Of a DNA stretch of 29,649 nucleotides, positions 16,791 through 26,372 are shown in pieces. Origin of the DNA: Candidatus Latescibacterota bacterium (GTDB taxonomy: Bacteria; Latescibacterota; UBA2968; GCA-2709665); NCBI GenBank assembly GCA_963662665.2, contig CAXXJS010000041.1:1-29649 (forward strand). Reading direction: 5' to 3'. Below the pieces are notes generated by a model, which was not told the DNA's origin, ran no database searches, and saw only the letters and a program-made list of their open reading frames with translations. The number at the start of each line of letters is the position of its first letter. The stretch's first letter is position 1. Both the position numbers and the translations under genes were made by a program.

Positions 16791-19238
16791 ATGCAGGATA
16801 GGTTGAGGTTTCTGGCGGACTTTGTCTATAGACGACACGCCATCATTCTTGTTGTTTCGACTCTCCTTTCGATTTTTTGCAGTTTTTTTGTCTATCGTCT
16901 GATCCAGCGCCTCGAGACGGATATCGCTGCGCTGATTCCGGAACACTATCCCAGCGTGAAGACGCTGGAAGATATCAAGGCGCGGCTGGGTGGCGTGGGA
17001 AGCCTGGTTGTTCTGGCGGAGTGTGAGGATTTCTCCGCGTCCAGGCGATTCGTGGAAGATCTGGATGTTGAACTGAAGGCCGAAAAATATTGGAAATACG
17101 TAAATTACGTCGATTTTAAGCGTGAAGTGGATTTTTTCAAAGAAAACGCGCTTTTATATATGAATCTTGAGGACCTGGAGGAAATCCAGTTTCGCATCGA
17201 TGATCGCATACGGCAGGAAAAACTGAAGCTGTCCCCGTTGTTTTTCAGTCTCGACGAAGAAGAAGAAGACGAACCCCTGGATTTTTCGGATATCGAGTCG
17301 AAGTACAAAGAGAACGGAGACCGCGGGCACGAAGTTTATTATACCAATCCGGACAGTACCATCGTTGCCGTGGAGGTGACCGCATCGGGAACGGTGAGCA
17401 ATATTGGATTTGCCAAGGAGATGTACGGCGTAATCCAGAATGCCGTTCAGACGCTGGAACCCGGATCCTATCATCCCGGCCTGACGATCTCCATTGGAGG
17501 ATCGTACAAGAATAAAATCGATGAATACAACGTCATTCTGGACGATATCGCGTCGACGGTGATTTTTGGATTTGTCGGTGTCGTCTTGCTCCTCACGTTT
17601 TATTTCAGGCAGCCGCTGGCTGCCTTTTTTGTTGCCATCCCGCTCGTTATGGGGCTGACGTGGGCTTTTGCCATTACCTATTGGGCGATTGGCAACCTGA
17701 ACACAATGACCGGATTCCTGTTCGTGATTCTGTTCGGTCTGGGAATTGATTTCGGCATTCACATGTTTTCCCGGTATCTGGAAGATCGAATGGCGAACAT
17801 GGACGTCAGGCGTTCGGTCGAGACGATGTTGATCCAGACGGGTCAGGCCATCCTGACGGCCGCGCTGACCACCTCGATGGCGTTCTATTCGCTGACGATA
17901 ACGGATTTCAAGGGATTTTCGGAATTCGGCTTTATCGTCGGCACGGGAATCATCATGTCGTTGGTATCAATTACAATGGTACTACCGGCCTTTCTCGTTC
18001 TTGCCGACGAGCGCCTGAAGCTCGTGCGGATGCGCCATGTGCTTGGACATCACCGGGGCTCCAGTAAGGGCCGGTTTCCGATGGCGCCGGCCGTGTTCGC
18101 GGTTACAATCGCCGTTACGGTCTACCTGGCATACAATCTCGACCGGATCCAGTTTGAATATGATTTCACCAACTTGCGTTCCAATCTTGCGACTTCGAAG
18201 CAGGTGAAAGACAAGATCAATTCGCTCTCGAAATTCAGGGGCGAGTCGCATTCCCCAAGTGTAGTACTGGCCGACAGTAAAGAGGAGCTGAATGAAATCG
18301 TCGATGCGGTAAACGGCAAGATCACATCCGACGATCCAACGCCGACAATTGACAAGATCAGAACGCTTTCGTCCTTTCTTCCCCAGCAGGAGGACGAGAA
18401 ACTGGCGTTGATCGCCGAACTTCGCGAACTGGTGGACGGTGAAGGCGCGAAATTGCTGAAAGGCGAGCAGAAGAAGCGAGTGGACGAGTTGCGCGAAATG
18501 ATGGACGTGAAAAAGCTGACGGTGGACGACCTGCCGAAGAACATCCTTCGCAAGTTTGCAACGGTCGACGGCAGCCGTGCCCATTTTGCCTTCATCTATC
18601 CCAGCGTGCAACTTCGAGACGGACGACAGGCAATTGAGTTTGCAGACGACACCCATTTGATTACGACCGAATCCGGAAAGGCCTTTTATTCCTCCAGTTC
18701 CAGTATCATATTCGCGGATATGCTCAAACTGATGATCCGGGACAGCAGGTGGGCGATTGGCATCACACTTCTGGTCGTCTTCTTGATCGTGTTTATCGAT
18801 TTCAGAAGCATCCGAAACGGGCTGCTGGTCATGTTGCCGTTGATCTGCGGCGCCATCTGGATGTGCGGAAGCATGTTTCAGACCGGGATGAAGTTGAACT
18901 TCTACAATATGGTTGCCTTGCCCACCATCATTGGGATGGGCATCGATAACGGCGTGCATCTGTTCCACAGGTATCAGGAGGAAGGCGCGGATTCGATGCC
19001 GGTAATCCTCCGGAATACGGGAGGCGCGATGCTGGTATCGATGATGACGACGATGATCGGTTTTTTCGGCTTGATTACGGCAAGGCATCCCGGCTTGAAT
19101 TCCATTGGGAAACTGGCCGTGATCGGACTTCTGACCTGTTTTGTGGCGGCCGTGATTGTCCTGCCTGCGGTACTCGAGATTCTGGATCGAATCAAGCGGA
19201 AGCGGGGTTCGGTCAGAGTCGGGAGTGCGCGGCCGTAA
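16791..19238 (+). CDS. MMPL / HpnN-like RND-superfamily lipid transporter
   Basis: Two halves, each with 1 TM, a periplasmic loop and 5 TM; GLGIDFGIH and GMGIDNGVH motifs; 815 aa. Confidence 0.9.
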   Translation: MQDRLRFLADFVYRRHAIILVVSTLLSIFCSFFVYRLIQRLETDIAALIPEHYPSVKTLEDIKARLGGVGSLVVLAECEDFSASRRFVEDLDVELKAEKYWKYVNYVDFKREVDFFKENALLYMNLEDLEEIQFRIDDRIRQEKLKLSPLFFSLDEEEEDEPLDFSDIESKYKENGDRGHEVYYTNPDSTIVAVEVTASGTVSNIGFAKEMYGVIQNAVQTLEPGSYHPGLTISIGGSYKNKIDEYNVILDDIASTVIFGFVGVVLLLTFYFRQPLAAFFVAIPLVMGLTWAFAITYWAIGNLNTMTGFLFVILFGLGIDFGIHMFSRYLEDRMANMDVRRSVETMLIQTGQAILTAALTTSMAFYSLTITDFKGFSEFGFIVGTGIIMSLVSITMVLPAFLVLADERLKLVRMRHVLGHHRGSSKGRFPMAPAVFAVTIAVTVYLAYNLDRIQFEYDFTNLRSNLATSKQVKDKINSLSKFRGESHSPSVVLADSKEELNEIVDAVNGKITSDDPTPTIDKIRTLSSFLPQQEDEKLALIAELRELVDGEGAKLLKGEQKKRVDELREMMDVKKLTVDDLPKNILRKFATVDGSRAHFAFIYPSVQLRDGRQAIEFADDTHLITTESGKAFYSSSSSIIFADMLKLMIRDSRWAIGITLLVVFLIVFIDFRSIRNGLLVMLPLICGAIWMCGSMFQTGMKLNFYNMVALPTIIGMGIDNGVHLFHRYQEEGADSMPVILRNTGGAMLVSMMTTMIGFFGLITARHPGLNSIGKLAVIGLLTCFVAAVIVLPAVLEILDRIKRKRGSVRVGSARP

Positions 19239-19308
19239 TCCGTTGCACAGCAGGATTTCGTTCGATTACCGGGCGCCCGCCGCGTTGACGCTATTCTATA
19301 TTCCTTCC

Positions 19309-20109
19309 ATGAATTTCTGGTTCCCATTTTTCGTCAGTTTGATTTCAGGTTTATACACCTCATTGTGGGGTGCGTTCAAGGACTCTCCTTATGAGGGACT
19401 GAAGCGGCACACGTTTCCCCGCAGCGTTTACTTTCATGCCGTTATATTTTGTGCGCTTTATTGGCTGCCAATGTTTGAAGTCGGTTTTCGTAAACTGAGC
19501 CCGTTCCAGGTTTTCTTTGCCATTATGGGCCTGGAACGGTTTCTCGCGGAGCTATACAAGGGGTTCTTCAGATCGGAGGAACAGTCAAAATACGCAGTGC
19601 CGTCCAGAATTACGTTTTTCGGCCGGCCGGTTACTAGCGAACCGTTACGACGCTTCGCTGGCGTCGTTCTGGTGTCGGGTGTCTTTTCGCTGCTGTTTCT
19701 TTCCGTGCGAATCGAGGATTTTACGGGATTCGCCGCGGTCGCCTTTTCCACGGGAATGCTGGTTTCTCTCGGAGGGGCATACAAAGACGCTCCCTTCGAA
19801 GGATTCGCCCCGCTGAAGTTCTTCCGCTCGGCAACGGTGTTGGCCATTTGTTCCCCCTTGTTTTTCTATTCAAACAATCCCCTATCTCCGGTGCCGCTCG
19901 GTTATCTGATCTTTATGTACGGCGGACTGGAGCGGTTTCTGGTTGAGTATTACAAGACCTACGTGCAGCGAACCATGTCAGGCAAGTTCAGACCCGACCT
20001 GCCGCGGATCACCCGATATATCGAGACTCGCGAGAAATTCCATTATATGGCGTGGACTATCATTGTCGGTCTGACGATTCTGTACGTTTATGAACTCACG
20101 TCCCTATGA
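19309..20109 (+). CDS. Uncharacterised integral membrane protein with internal duplication (266 aa)
   Basis: Repeats GAFKDSPYEG..GLERFLAELYK and GAYKDAPFEG..GLERFLVEYYK; about 8 hydrophobic segments; overlaps the GMC gene by 20 nt. ATG 19309 avoids overlap with the RND gene. Confidence 0.8.
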   Translation: MNFWFPFFVSLISGLYTSLWGAFKDSPYEGLKRHTFPRSVYFHAVIFCALYWLPMFEVGFRKLSPFQVFFAIMGLERFLAELYKGFFRSEEQSKYAVPSRITFFGRPVTSEPLRRFAGVVLVSGVFSLLFLSVRIEDFTGFAAVAFSTGMLVSLGGAYKDAPFEGFAPLKFFRSATVLAICSPLFFYSNNPLSPVPLGYLIFMYGGLERFLVEYYKTYVQRTMSGKFRPDLPRITRYIETREKFHYMAWTIIVGLTILYVYELTSL

Positions 20110-21586
20110 AGCAATTGTTATCGGGTCCGGTCTGGGAGGCGGCGCTGCGGCGTATGCGCTCAGCCGGGCGGGCTTTCGGACGCTCCTGCTCGAACGCGGC
20201 GGGTGGGTGAAGCGGGATGCGCTGGACTGGAGCCCGCGCAGGATCCTGATTGATCAACGATACAAGAGCCGTTCGCCGTTGGCCGTTGAAGGTGACCGAG
20301 GCCATCAGTCTGTCTATCCGAATGAAGTGGTTGGCGGAATGTCGGTCTTTTACGGAGGCGCGTCGCTGCGGCTGCGCGAGAAGGATTTCTCGCATTGGCC
20401 GATTGATTACGCGGAAATAGAGCCTTATTATACGCAGGTGGAGCATCTGCTGGAGGTGCACGGCCAGGCGGGGGTGGACATGCACGAGCCGCCGAGGTCC
20501 GGTGCGTATGCATTCGGAGGGATAGACCTGGCGCCTCCGGCGAAGCGAATATACAAAGCCGCGAAGTCGCTCGGGCACCGTCCCTTCAAGATTCCGCTGG
20601 CGCTGAATTTCACGAATAAGGATCGGCCAACGTGTATCCGATGTTCCACATGCGACGGATTTCCGTGCCGGGTCGAAGCCAAAAACGATGTGGCGATGAC
20701 GCTTCTGGCAAGAGCGCAGGCATACGATCTGGTTGTCATGCCCGGGATGATCGTACTGCAGCTGGAGACGGAGTGCGGGAGGGTTGTACGGGTGCGATGC
20801 CTGGACGGGACTTCGAAGCGGGCGGTTGATTTCAGTGCAAAGATCGTGATTCTGAGCGCTGGAGCCCTGCAGAGCCCGGCTATTCTATTGCGTTCAGGGC
20901 TGGAACGATACGACAACCACCGGCTGGTCGGCAGGTTTCTGATGCGGCACTGCAATGCGGTGGTTACCGGTCTCTTTCCGTTTCGGACCAATCCGGACGG
21001 TGTGTTTCACAAGCAGTTGTGCCTTACGGATTTCTACGAAGACTTGAGGGACCTGCTGGACACTTCAGTAGGGACGATTCAGGATATCTACACCCCGGCG
21101 CCTGAGGTGCTGAAGCACTATGCGCCTTTCGGGTACGGAAGCTTGTCAGCACTTGTAGCGAACTACGTTCAAAATCTACTTTGCATCGCGGAGGACGATC
21201 CACAATTTGAAAATCGAGTGCATCTGACCACTCGCCGTGACGAATACGGAATCGCGGTCACCGGCGTCGCTCATCGATATTCGGATGGAGACCGCCTCCG
21301 CAGGAAATATTTGACAGACAGAGCCAAACGCATTTTGAGGCAGGCAGGCGGCCTCTACAACCGCGTTTACAAACTGGATACATTCTCCCACGCCGTGGGT
21401 TCGCTGCGTTTCGGCAACCACGCCCCGGACAGTGTTCTCGATGAATCCTGCAGGTTTCGCGGCATCGACAATCTGTTCGTCCTTGACGGCAGTTTTATGC
21501 CCACTTCGGGAGGGGTGAATCCGAGCCTTACGATCGCGGCCAACGCGTTACGGGTCGTGGATGTCATCCACGCGGAATATGGTTAG
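20090..21586 (+). CDS. GMC-family FAD oxidoreductase
   Basis: VIGSGLGG Rossmann motif, VGGMSVFYGG, CIRCSTCDGFPC, SHAVGSLRFG, NPSLTIAANALRV. Confidence 0.92.
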   Translation: MNSRPYEAIVIGSGLGGGAAAYALSRAGFRTLLLERGGWVKRDALDWSPRRILIDQRYKSRSPLAVEGDRGHQSVYPNEVVGGMSVFYGGASLRLREKDFSHWPIDYAEIEPYYTQVEHLLEVHGQAGVDMHEPPRSGAYAFGGIDLAPPAKRIYKAAKSLGHRPFKIPLALNFTNKDRPTCIRCSTCDGFPCRVEAKNDVAMTLLARAQAYDLVVMPGMIVLQLETECGRVVRVRCLDGTSKRAVDFSAKIVILSAGALQSPAILLRSGLERYDNHRLVGRFLMRHCNAVVTGLFPFRTNPDGVFHKQLCLTDFYEDLRDLLDTSVGTIQDIYTPAPEVLKHYAPFGYGSLSALVANYVQNLLCIAEDDPQFENRVHLTTRRDEYGIAVTGVAHRYSDGDRLRRKYLTDRAKRILRQAGGLYNRVYKLDTFSHAVGSLRFGNHAPDSVLDESCRFRGIDNLFVLDGSFMPTSGGVNPSLTIAANALRVVDVIHAEYG

Positions 21587-21658
21587 ATACCCGCTGCACG
21601 GCGGCTGGTCGGGTTCAGTTGGTCAGGACCTGACGCCCCGGTCCATGGAACACGGAAA

Positions 21659-22594
21659 ATGAAGAAAATCTGTCTGGTGGGCTGCGGGACCATCGCACGG
21701 CTGCACGCGAAGAATCTATCGGGTGCCGCCGAACTTTTTTTCTGCAGTCGATCCGAAGAAAGCGCCCGGCGTTTCAACATTGAATTTCGTGGTAGCGGCA
21801 TCTTCAGCCGTTTGAAGGATGCGCTGGCATCGCCGGAAGTGGACGCAGTCGTGATCGCATCCCCGCCTGCGTTCCATAAGGACCAGGTGGTTGACGCGCT
21901 GTCAGCAAATAAGGCTGTACTGGTCGAAAAGCCGATGTGCGTCTCGCCGGCGGAGTTGGCGGCGGTTGAAACAGCGGTGGCGAAACATCCGGAAACGCCG
22001 TTGATGGTGGCCGAAAACTACTATTACAAGCCACTCCTCAAGAAAATCAGGTCACTCACAGGGGAGTCCGGCATTGGAGACATCAGGTCGATATTGGTGA
22101 AAAAGCAGTTTACGCAGTCCACATTCGGCTGGAAACGTCAGTACGGCGCGTTGCTGGAAGGCGGCATCCACTTTGTCGCGTTGATATCCGCGTTGTTTGA
22201 GCGTGCACCGGAACGCGTCATTGGACGCTTTCCCGGACGCCGCGAGGGACAGCCGGAGCGGTCATCGGTCACAAAGCTGATCTATCCCGGCGACGTGACG
22301 GCAGAGTTGAGGTATTCGTGGAACACGAGGAGTCGCACACGGGGCACCTTCCAGCATTCCCGGATTCGCGGTACGCAGGGCCGGATCATTTTTGAGAGCA
22401 ATGGCCTCTACGTACTCCGGACCCGTGACCGCGGTGTCCGTCTGTACTTTCCCGGGATGTCGGATCTGATGGGGTATCGGGAGATGACCCGGGATTTCCT
22501 GTGTTGTCTTGAAGATCGCAGCCGGAAGCCGTATTCGGACTGTCCGAGGGCCAGCCGGGATCTGAGAGTCGTGTTTGATGCCTACGGTTGCTGA
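21659..22594 (+). CDS. Gfo/Idh/MocA-family NAD(P) oxidoreductase
   Basis: VGCGTIA, DAVVIASPP..H, VLVEKPM, GALLEGGIH. Confidence 0.92.
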   Translation: MKKICLVGCGTIARLHAKNLSGAAELFFCSRSEESARRFNIEFRGSGIFSRLKDALASPEVDAVVIASPPAFHKDQVVDALSANKAVLVEKPMCVSPAELAAVETAVAKHPETPLMVAENYYYKPLLKKIRSLTGESGIGDIRSILVKKQFTQSTFGWKRQYGALLEGGIHFVALISALFERAPERVIGRFPGRREGQPERSSVTKLIYPGDVTAELRYSWNTRSRTRGTFQHSRIRGTQGRIIFESNGLYVLRTRDRGVRLYFPGMSDLMGYREMTRDFLCCLEDRSRKPYSDCPRASRDLRVVFDAYGC

Positions 22595-22644
22595 TAACGG
22601 CGCGCTGATGCGCCTGAACGGCCTTTTCAGGATATCCTCGCATT

Positions 22645-22687
22645 GAATACGAAAATTCTTGACCGTATTCGTGCATGTCACTATATT
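22645..22687 (+). promoter_or_regulatory. Putative sigma70 promoter with overlapping inverted repeat
   Basis: TTGACC (22659-22664)-17 nt-TATATT (22682-22687); GAATACG-N12-CGTATTC at 22645-22670 straddles the -35. Confidence 0.55.
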
Positions 22688-22900
22688 GTCGGGCGAACGC
22701 TTCCCCGACCTCTCCCTTCCCCGGTATCAATCCTTCTCACCGATTTTTCCAGAACGAATTTAGCCGAGTGTCCGGTCCACCTTCGGAACGGATACGATTG
22801 CCGCTGCCAGATTGCGCATACAAGGTGGCGCTACGCCATGGGGTGAAGCTCTCGAAGATAGAGCGGTGTCCAAGCCCCGTCGAAGCCGGGGGTCCTGCCG

Positions 22901-23944
22901 GTGAACGATCGTTTAAAGACGTATCTTGAGTCTTTTGTACCACTGATTGATGCGGAGTTGTTCAAGTTTCTGCCTCAAGCCGAACCGCTCAGCTACCTGT
23001 ACGAACCGATGCGGGACTATCCGATCCGGGGTGGCAAGCGGTTCCGGTCTGTACTGGTGTTGCTGTCATGCGAGGGGTTGGGAGGTGTGGTGCAAGAGGC
23101 ATTGAGGACGGCGGCGGCCTTTGAGATGTTCCAGTCTTTTGCTCTGGTACACGACGATATTGAAGACGGGTCGGAGATGCGAAGGGGTAAACCCTGCCTC
23201 CACCACCTCCACGGCGTGCCACTGAGCGTAAACGCAGGCGATGCGCTACACTCGAAGGTGTTCGAGATTCTAGCTTCCAATCGGGAGATTCTCGGCGATG
23301 CCGTGGCGCTTGATCTGATACAGGAGATGCTTTACGGAGCGCAGCGAACATTTGAAGGACAGGCTTACGATATAGGTTGGATCGAGTCGGGCGAGGTCCC
23401 CGAAGTCGGAGTTTTCCTGGAAATGCTACGTCTGAAAACGGGCTGGTACAGTGGCAGAGGTCCGTGTACCGCAGGTGCCATTGTGGCCGGCGCATCACCG
23501 GATTCACAGCGGGCTGTCGGCGCGTTTGGAGAGCGAATGGCGGTAGCGTTTCAGATCAAGGACGATCTGCTGAACCTGACGGTCCGGGCCGAGGATGCAC
23601 TCCACGCTCCCGCAACGACCTCCGGGGGATACGGCAAGGAACGCGGCGGAGACATTGCGGAGGGAAAGCGGACCCTGATGGTGATCGATCTCTTCCACCG
23701 CTGTTCATCGGCTGAACAGGCGTGGGTGCGGGAAATACTGAATCGGGATCGTTCCCAGACGAGAATGGAAGAGGTCGAGCGGACGATCTCGCTTATGGAG
23801 CATTACGGTTCGATCGAACGGGCCGAAGACGCATGCAGGGAATGGGCGGCGGCCGCGGAGGCACATCTGGACGAGATTCCGCCGTCGGATGCCCGGGAAA
23901 CTATGCGCGAAATGTGCAATTTTCTGGTTGACAGGGTATTTTGA
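22901..23944 (+). CDS. Short-chain polyprenyl diphosphate synthase (type I GGPP synthase-like)
   Basis: [23 protein letters not shown] (first Asp-rich motif), [26 protein letters not shown]. Confidence 0.92.
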   Translation: MNDRLKTYLESFVPLIDAELFKFLPQAEPLSYLYEPMRDYPIRGGKRFRSVLVLLSCEGLGGVVQEALRTAAAFEMFQSFALVHDDIEDGSEMRRGKPCLHHLHGVPLSVNAGDALHSKVFEILASNREILGDAVALDLIQEMLYGAQRTFEGQAYDIGWIESGEVPEVGVFLEMLRLKTGWYSGRGPCTAGAIVAGASPDSQRAVGAFGERMAVAFQIKDDLLNLTVRAEDALHAPATTSGGYGKERGGDIAEGKRTLMVIDLFHRCSSAEQAWVREILNRDRSQTRMEEVERTISLMEHYGSIERAEDACREWAAAAEAHLDEIPPSDARETMREMCNFLVDRVF

Positions 23945-24063
23945 GTCACCTGCGACCGGTACACGTACCGCCAAACGAGTTATCTGGAAATGTCATATGT
24001 AGTCTCACCGATTTTAGAGAATATCGAGTCTCCCTCGATAACCACGCTAAAGGAGGGCGAGCG

Positions 24064-24732
24064 ATGAAGTTCTTTATCGACACTGCCAATATGGACGAGA
24101 TCCGTGAGGCCAACGAAATGGGTGTCCTGGATGGCGTCACAACCAATCCAACGCATATTTCAAAGGAAGAAGGAGCATTCGAACAGATAATATTGGAAAT
24201 ATGTGAGTTGGTGGACGGTCCGGTAAGCGCCGAAGTCGTGAGTACCGAGTGGCGGTTGATGCTTCAGGAAGCACGGCATCTGGCAAGCATTCACGACAAC
24301 GTGGTCGTAAAGGTTCCAATAACGCTGGACGGGTTGAAGGCGATCAAGGCCTGCAGCGATGAAGGGATCAGGACCAACGTGACGCTGTGTTTCTCCCCAA
24401 ATCAGGCACTGCTGGCCGCAAAGGCGGGAGCGGCCTATATCAGTCCCTTTCTGGGACGCCTGGACGATATCGGGCATGTCGGGATGGACCTGATTAAAAC
24501 CATACGGCAGATATACGACAATTACAGTTTCCGAACCGAAGTCCTGGCGGCCAGCCTTCGACATCCCCTCCATGTCATCGACGCGGCTCGAGCCGGAGCC
24601 GATGTGTCCACGTTGCCTCCTGACGTGCTGAAGAAGCTGTTGGCGCACCCGTTGACGGATGACGGCCTGGAGCGGTTTTTAAACGATTGGAATGCGTGGA
24701 AGGAAAGTCGGCGGGAGACCGTTGTTGTATAG
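24064..24732 (+). CDS. tal: Transaldolase (small TalC/Fsa-type)
   Basis: [39 protein letters not shown]. The Glu and Phe residues favour transaldolase over F6P aldolase. AAGGAGG RBS before ATG 24064. Confidence 0.93.
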   Translation: MKFFIDTANMDEIREANEMGVLDGVTTNPTHISKEEGAFEQIILEICELVDGPVSAEVVSTEWRLMLQEARHLASIHDNVVVKVPITLDGLKAIKACSDEGIRTNVTLCFSPNQALLAAKAGAAYISPFLGRLDDIGHVGMDLIKTIRQIYDNYSFRTEVLAASLRHPLHVIDAARAGADVSTLPPDVLKKLLAHPLTDDGLERFLNDWNAWKESRRETVVV

Positions 24733-24764
24733 GCCGTCGATATCTGGCGAACGAAACTGCCAAC

Positions 24765-24808
24765 AACGAAAAAGGGCTTGTGTATCCAAACACACAGGCC
24801 CTTTCGTT
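24765..24808. terminator. Intrinsic terminator hairpin between convergent tal and tRNA-Thr
   Basis: AACGAAAAAGGGCTTGTGT...ACACAGGCCCTTTCGTT; the U-tract is strongest on the minus strand. Confidence 0.7.
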
Positions 24809-24812
24809 TGCG

Positions 24813-24888
<76 letters not shown>

Positions 24889-24935
24889 TAAGGCAATGAA
24901 AAACAGATCATTATCTTCTATAACGCGGCGCGTAT

Positions 24936-24964
24936 AAAATACATAGGCGCTGGTTGCATGTCAA
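24936..24964 (-). promoter_or_regulatory. tRNA promoter
   Basis: TTGACA-17 nt-TATTTT followed by a GC-rich discriminator-like stretch (atacgcgccgcg). Confidence 0.6.
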
Positions 24965-24974
24965 GGGTAATTCT

Positions 24975-26249
24975 ATGGAATCCACCGAAACGGGTACGAC
25001 AGGATCGATGGAGCAGAATATTTCCGGAAACCTGACGATGGGCGCCGCGAAGGTTGACGTGACGCCGCCGGTTGGCCTGTCAATGGCAGGCTACTCAGGT
25101 CGAAAGAGCGCGGCCGTCGGAACACATATGCCGCTGTGGGCGAGGGCGTTTGTGTGCGAACAGGATTCGTTGCGCATTGCGCTTGCTGTCGTGGACGTCG
25201 TGGGATTCAGCGGCAAGACCACGGCAGGAATTCGGACGGCGATTCGGGAGCAGACTGGGATTGCGATCGACCGTATCCTCGTTGCAACGACTCACACGCA
25301 CTCCGGACCGGTAACCACCCGGTTCCGTGACGCAGTACCCGATTCCGTGTACCAGGCGGATCTTGTGGAACGGATCGTCGAGGCGGTGGTCAGGGCTTCC
25401 GACGATATGCAGCCCGTAACCATTGGGTTTGCGCAGATGCAGGAATCCGAGTTTCATCACAACCGGCGCAAAGATGGTCAACCGATTGATTCCACGCTTG
25501 GGCTGGCGCGGTTTTTGAGTACAGACGGACGGGTTGTGGCATCATGGATCAACTACGGCTGCCATCCGACGATCCTGACGGGGGCAAATCTCTGCTGGTC
25601 CCCGGATTTCCCCGGTGTGATCTGCGATGAAATTGAGAGAGCCTGTGGTGGTTCTGCCGCGTTTTTCAATGGTTGCCTGGGCGACGTGGGGCCCTACCGG
25701 CCGGAGCAGAACTTCGCGGAAGTGAGAAAGATCGGCGTCGGCATTGCGGCTTCCGTGCTCGGAATGGCCGGTGTCGTCAAACAGAGAAACGTCCGCGGGC
25801 TTGACGCCCGACGGCTTTATTGCACGTCCGTGCTGGACGTGATTCCGAGCGAGGCGGAACTGAAGGAACAGGCGGCGCGTTTCAGGTCGGATTCGTACCA
25901 GGCGGGCTGGGCGCGGGATCAGCTGGCGTTTCGAGCGGCTGGCGATACGGTCCCCACAACGGTGCGGCTGGAGGTGCAGGGGTTTCGTATAGGTGACGTG
26001 TTCCTGGCCTGTTTTCCAGGGCAGCTTTTCGGTTCGTGGGGTCTTGAGTTCCGGCGCCGGTGGCCGGACGACCAATTGTTCATCGTCAATCAGGCGAACG
26101 CGCATGTCGGCTATTTCCCGTCGAAAGCGGCATGGGACGAAGGAGGTTACGAGGTCCGGTCGGCATTCATGTTCAATTCTGATTTACCCGCGCCGATGAC
26201 GTGGGAGGCCGGAGAAGCGTTGATCGATGCGGCGCTTGCCATGGCGTAG
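24975..26249 (+). CDS. Neutral/alkaline ceramidase-like metal-dependent hydrolase
   Basis: GAAKVDVTPP..MAGY, PLWARA, THTHSGP, NYGCHPT, SPDFPG, FFNGCLGD, GYFP..GGYE. Start uncertain (24975 or 25008). Confidence 0.8.
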   Translation: MESTETGTTGSMEQNISGNLTMGAAKVDVTPPVGLSMAGYSGRKSAAVGTHMPLWARAFVCEQDSLRIALAVVDVVGFSGKTTAGIRTAIREQTGIAIDRILVATTHTHSGPVTTRFRDAVPDSVYQADLVERIVEAVVRASDDMQPVTIGFAQMQESEFHHNRRKDGQPIDSTLGLARFLSTDGRVVASWINYGCHPTILTGANLCWSPDFPGVICDEIERACGGSAAFFNGCLGDVGPYRPEQNFAEVRKIGVGIAASVLGMAGVVKQRNVRGLDARRLYCTSVLDVIPSEAELKEQAARFRSDSYQAGWARDQLAFRAAGDTVPTTVRLEVQGFRIGDVFLACFPGQLFGSWGLEFRRRWPDDQLFIVNQANAHVGYFPSKAAWDEGGYEVRSAFMFNSDLPAPMTWEAGEALIDAALAMA

Positions 26250-26305
26250 TGCCCTACGAATACGGATCCGGGTTGGCTTCGCCCGGAAAACCCTTCGAAA
26301 CCGAC

Positions 26306-26344
26306 AGCAAAAAGGCTTCGGGAAGAACCCGGAGCCTTTTTGCT
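26306..26344. terminator. Bidirectional intrinsic terminator
   Basis: AGCAAAAAGGCTTCGGG-aagaa-CCCGGAGCCTTTTTGCT between convergent genes. Confidence 0.8.
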
Positions 26345-26372
26345 TGTTTTTGCCGGAGAGTGCCCTGTTTCG

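Noticed and set aside
17982-19088. Long antisense ORFs (also 589..1185, 3305..3967, 5040..5804, 11876..12637, 27899..28816)
   Set aside because: They are shadows of well-supported genes on the opposite strand in GC-rich DNA and have no motifs.
16164-19238. Canonical hopanoid (hpnM/hpnN) or Mla locus
   Set aside because: No other hpn or mla genes are present, so gene symbols were withheld.
23941-24063. N-terminal extension of transaldolase in the ORF track
   Set aside because: The family start MKFFIDTA has a strong AAGGAGG RBS at ATG 24064.
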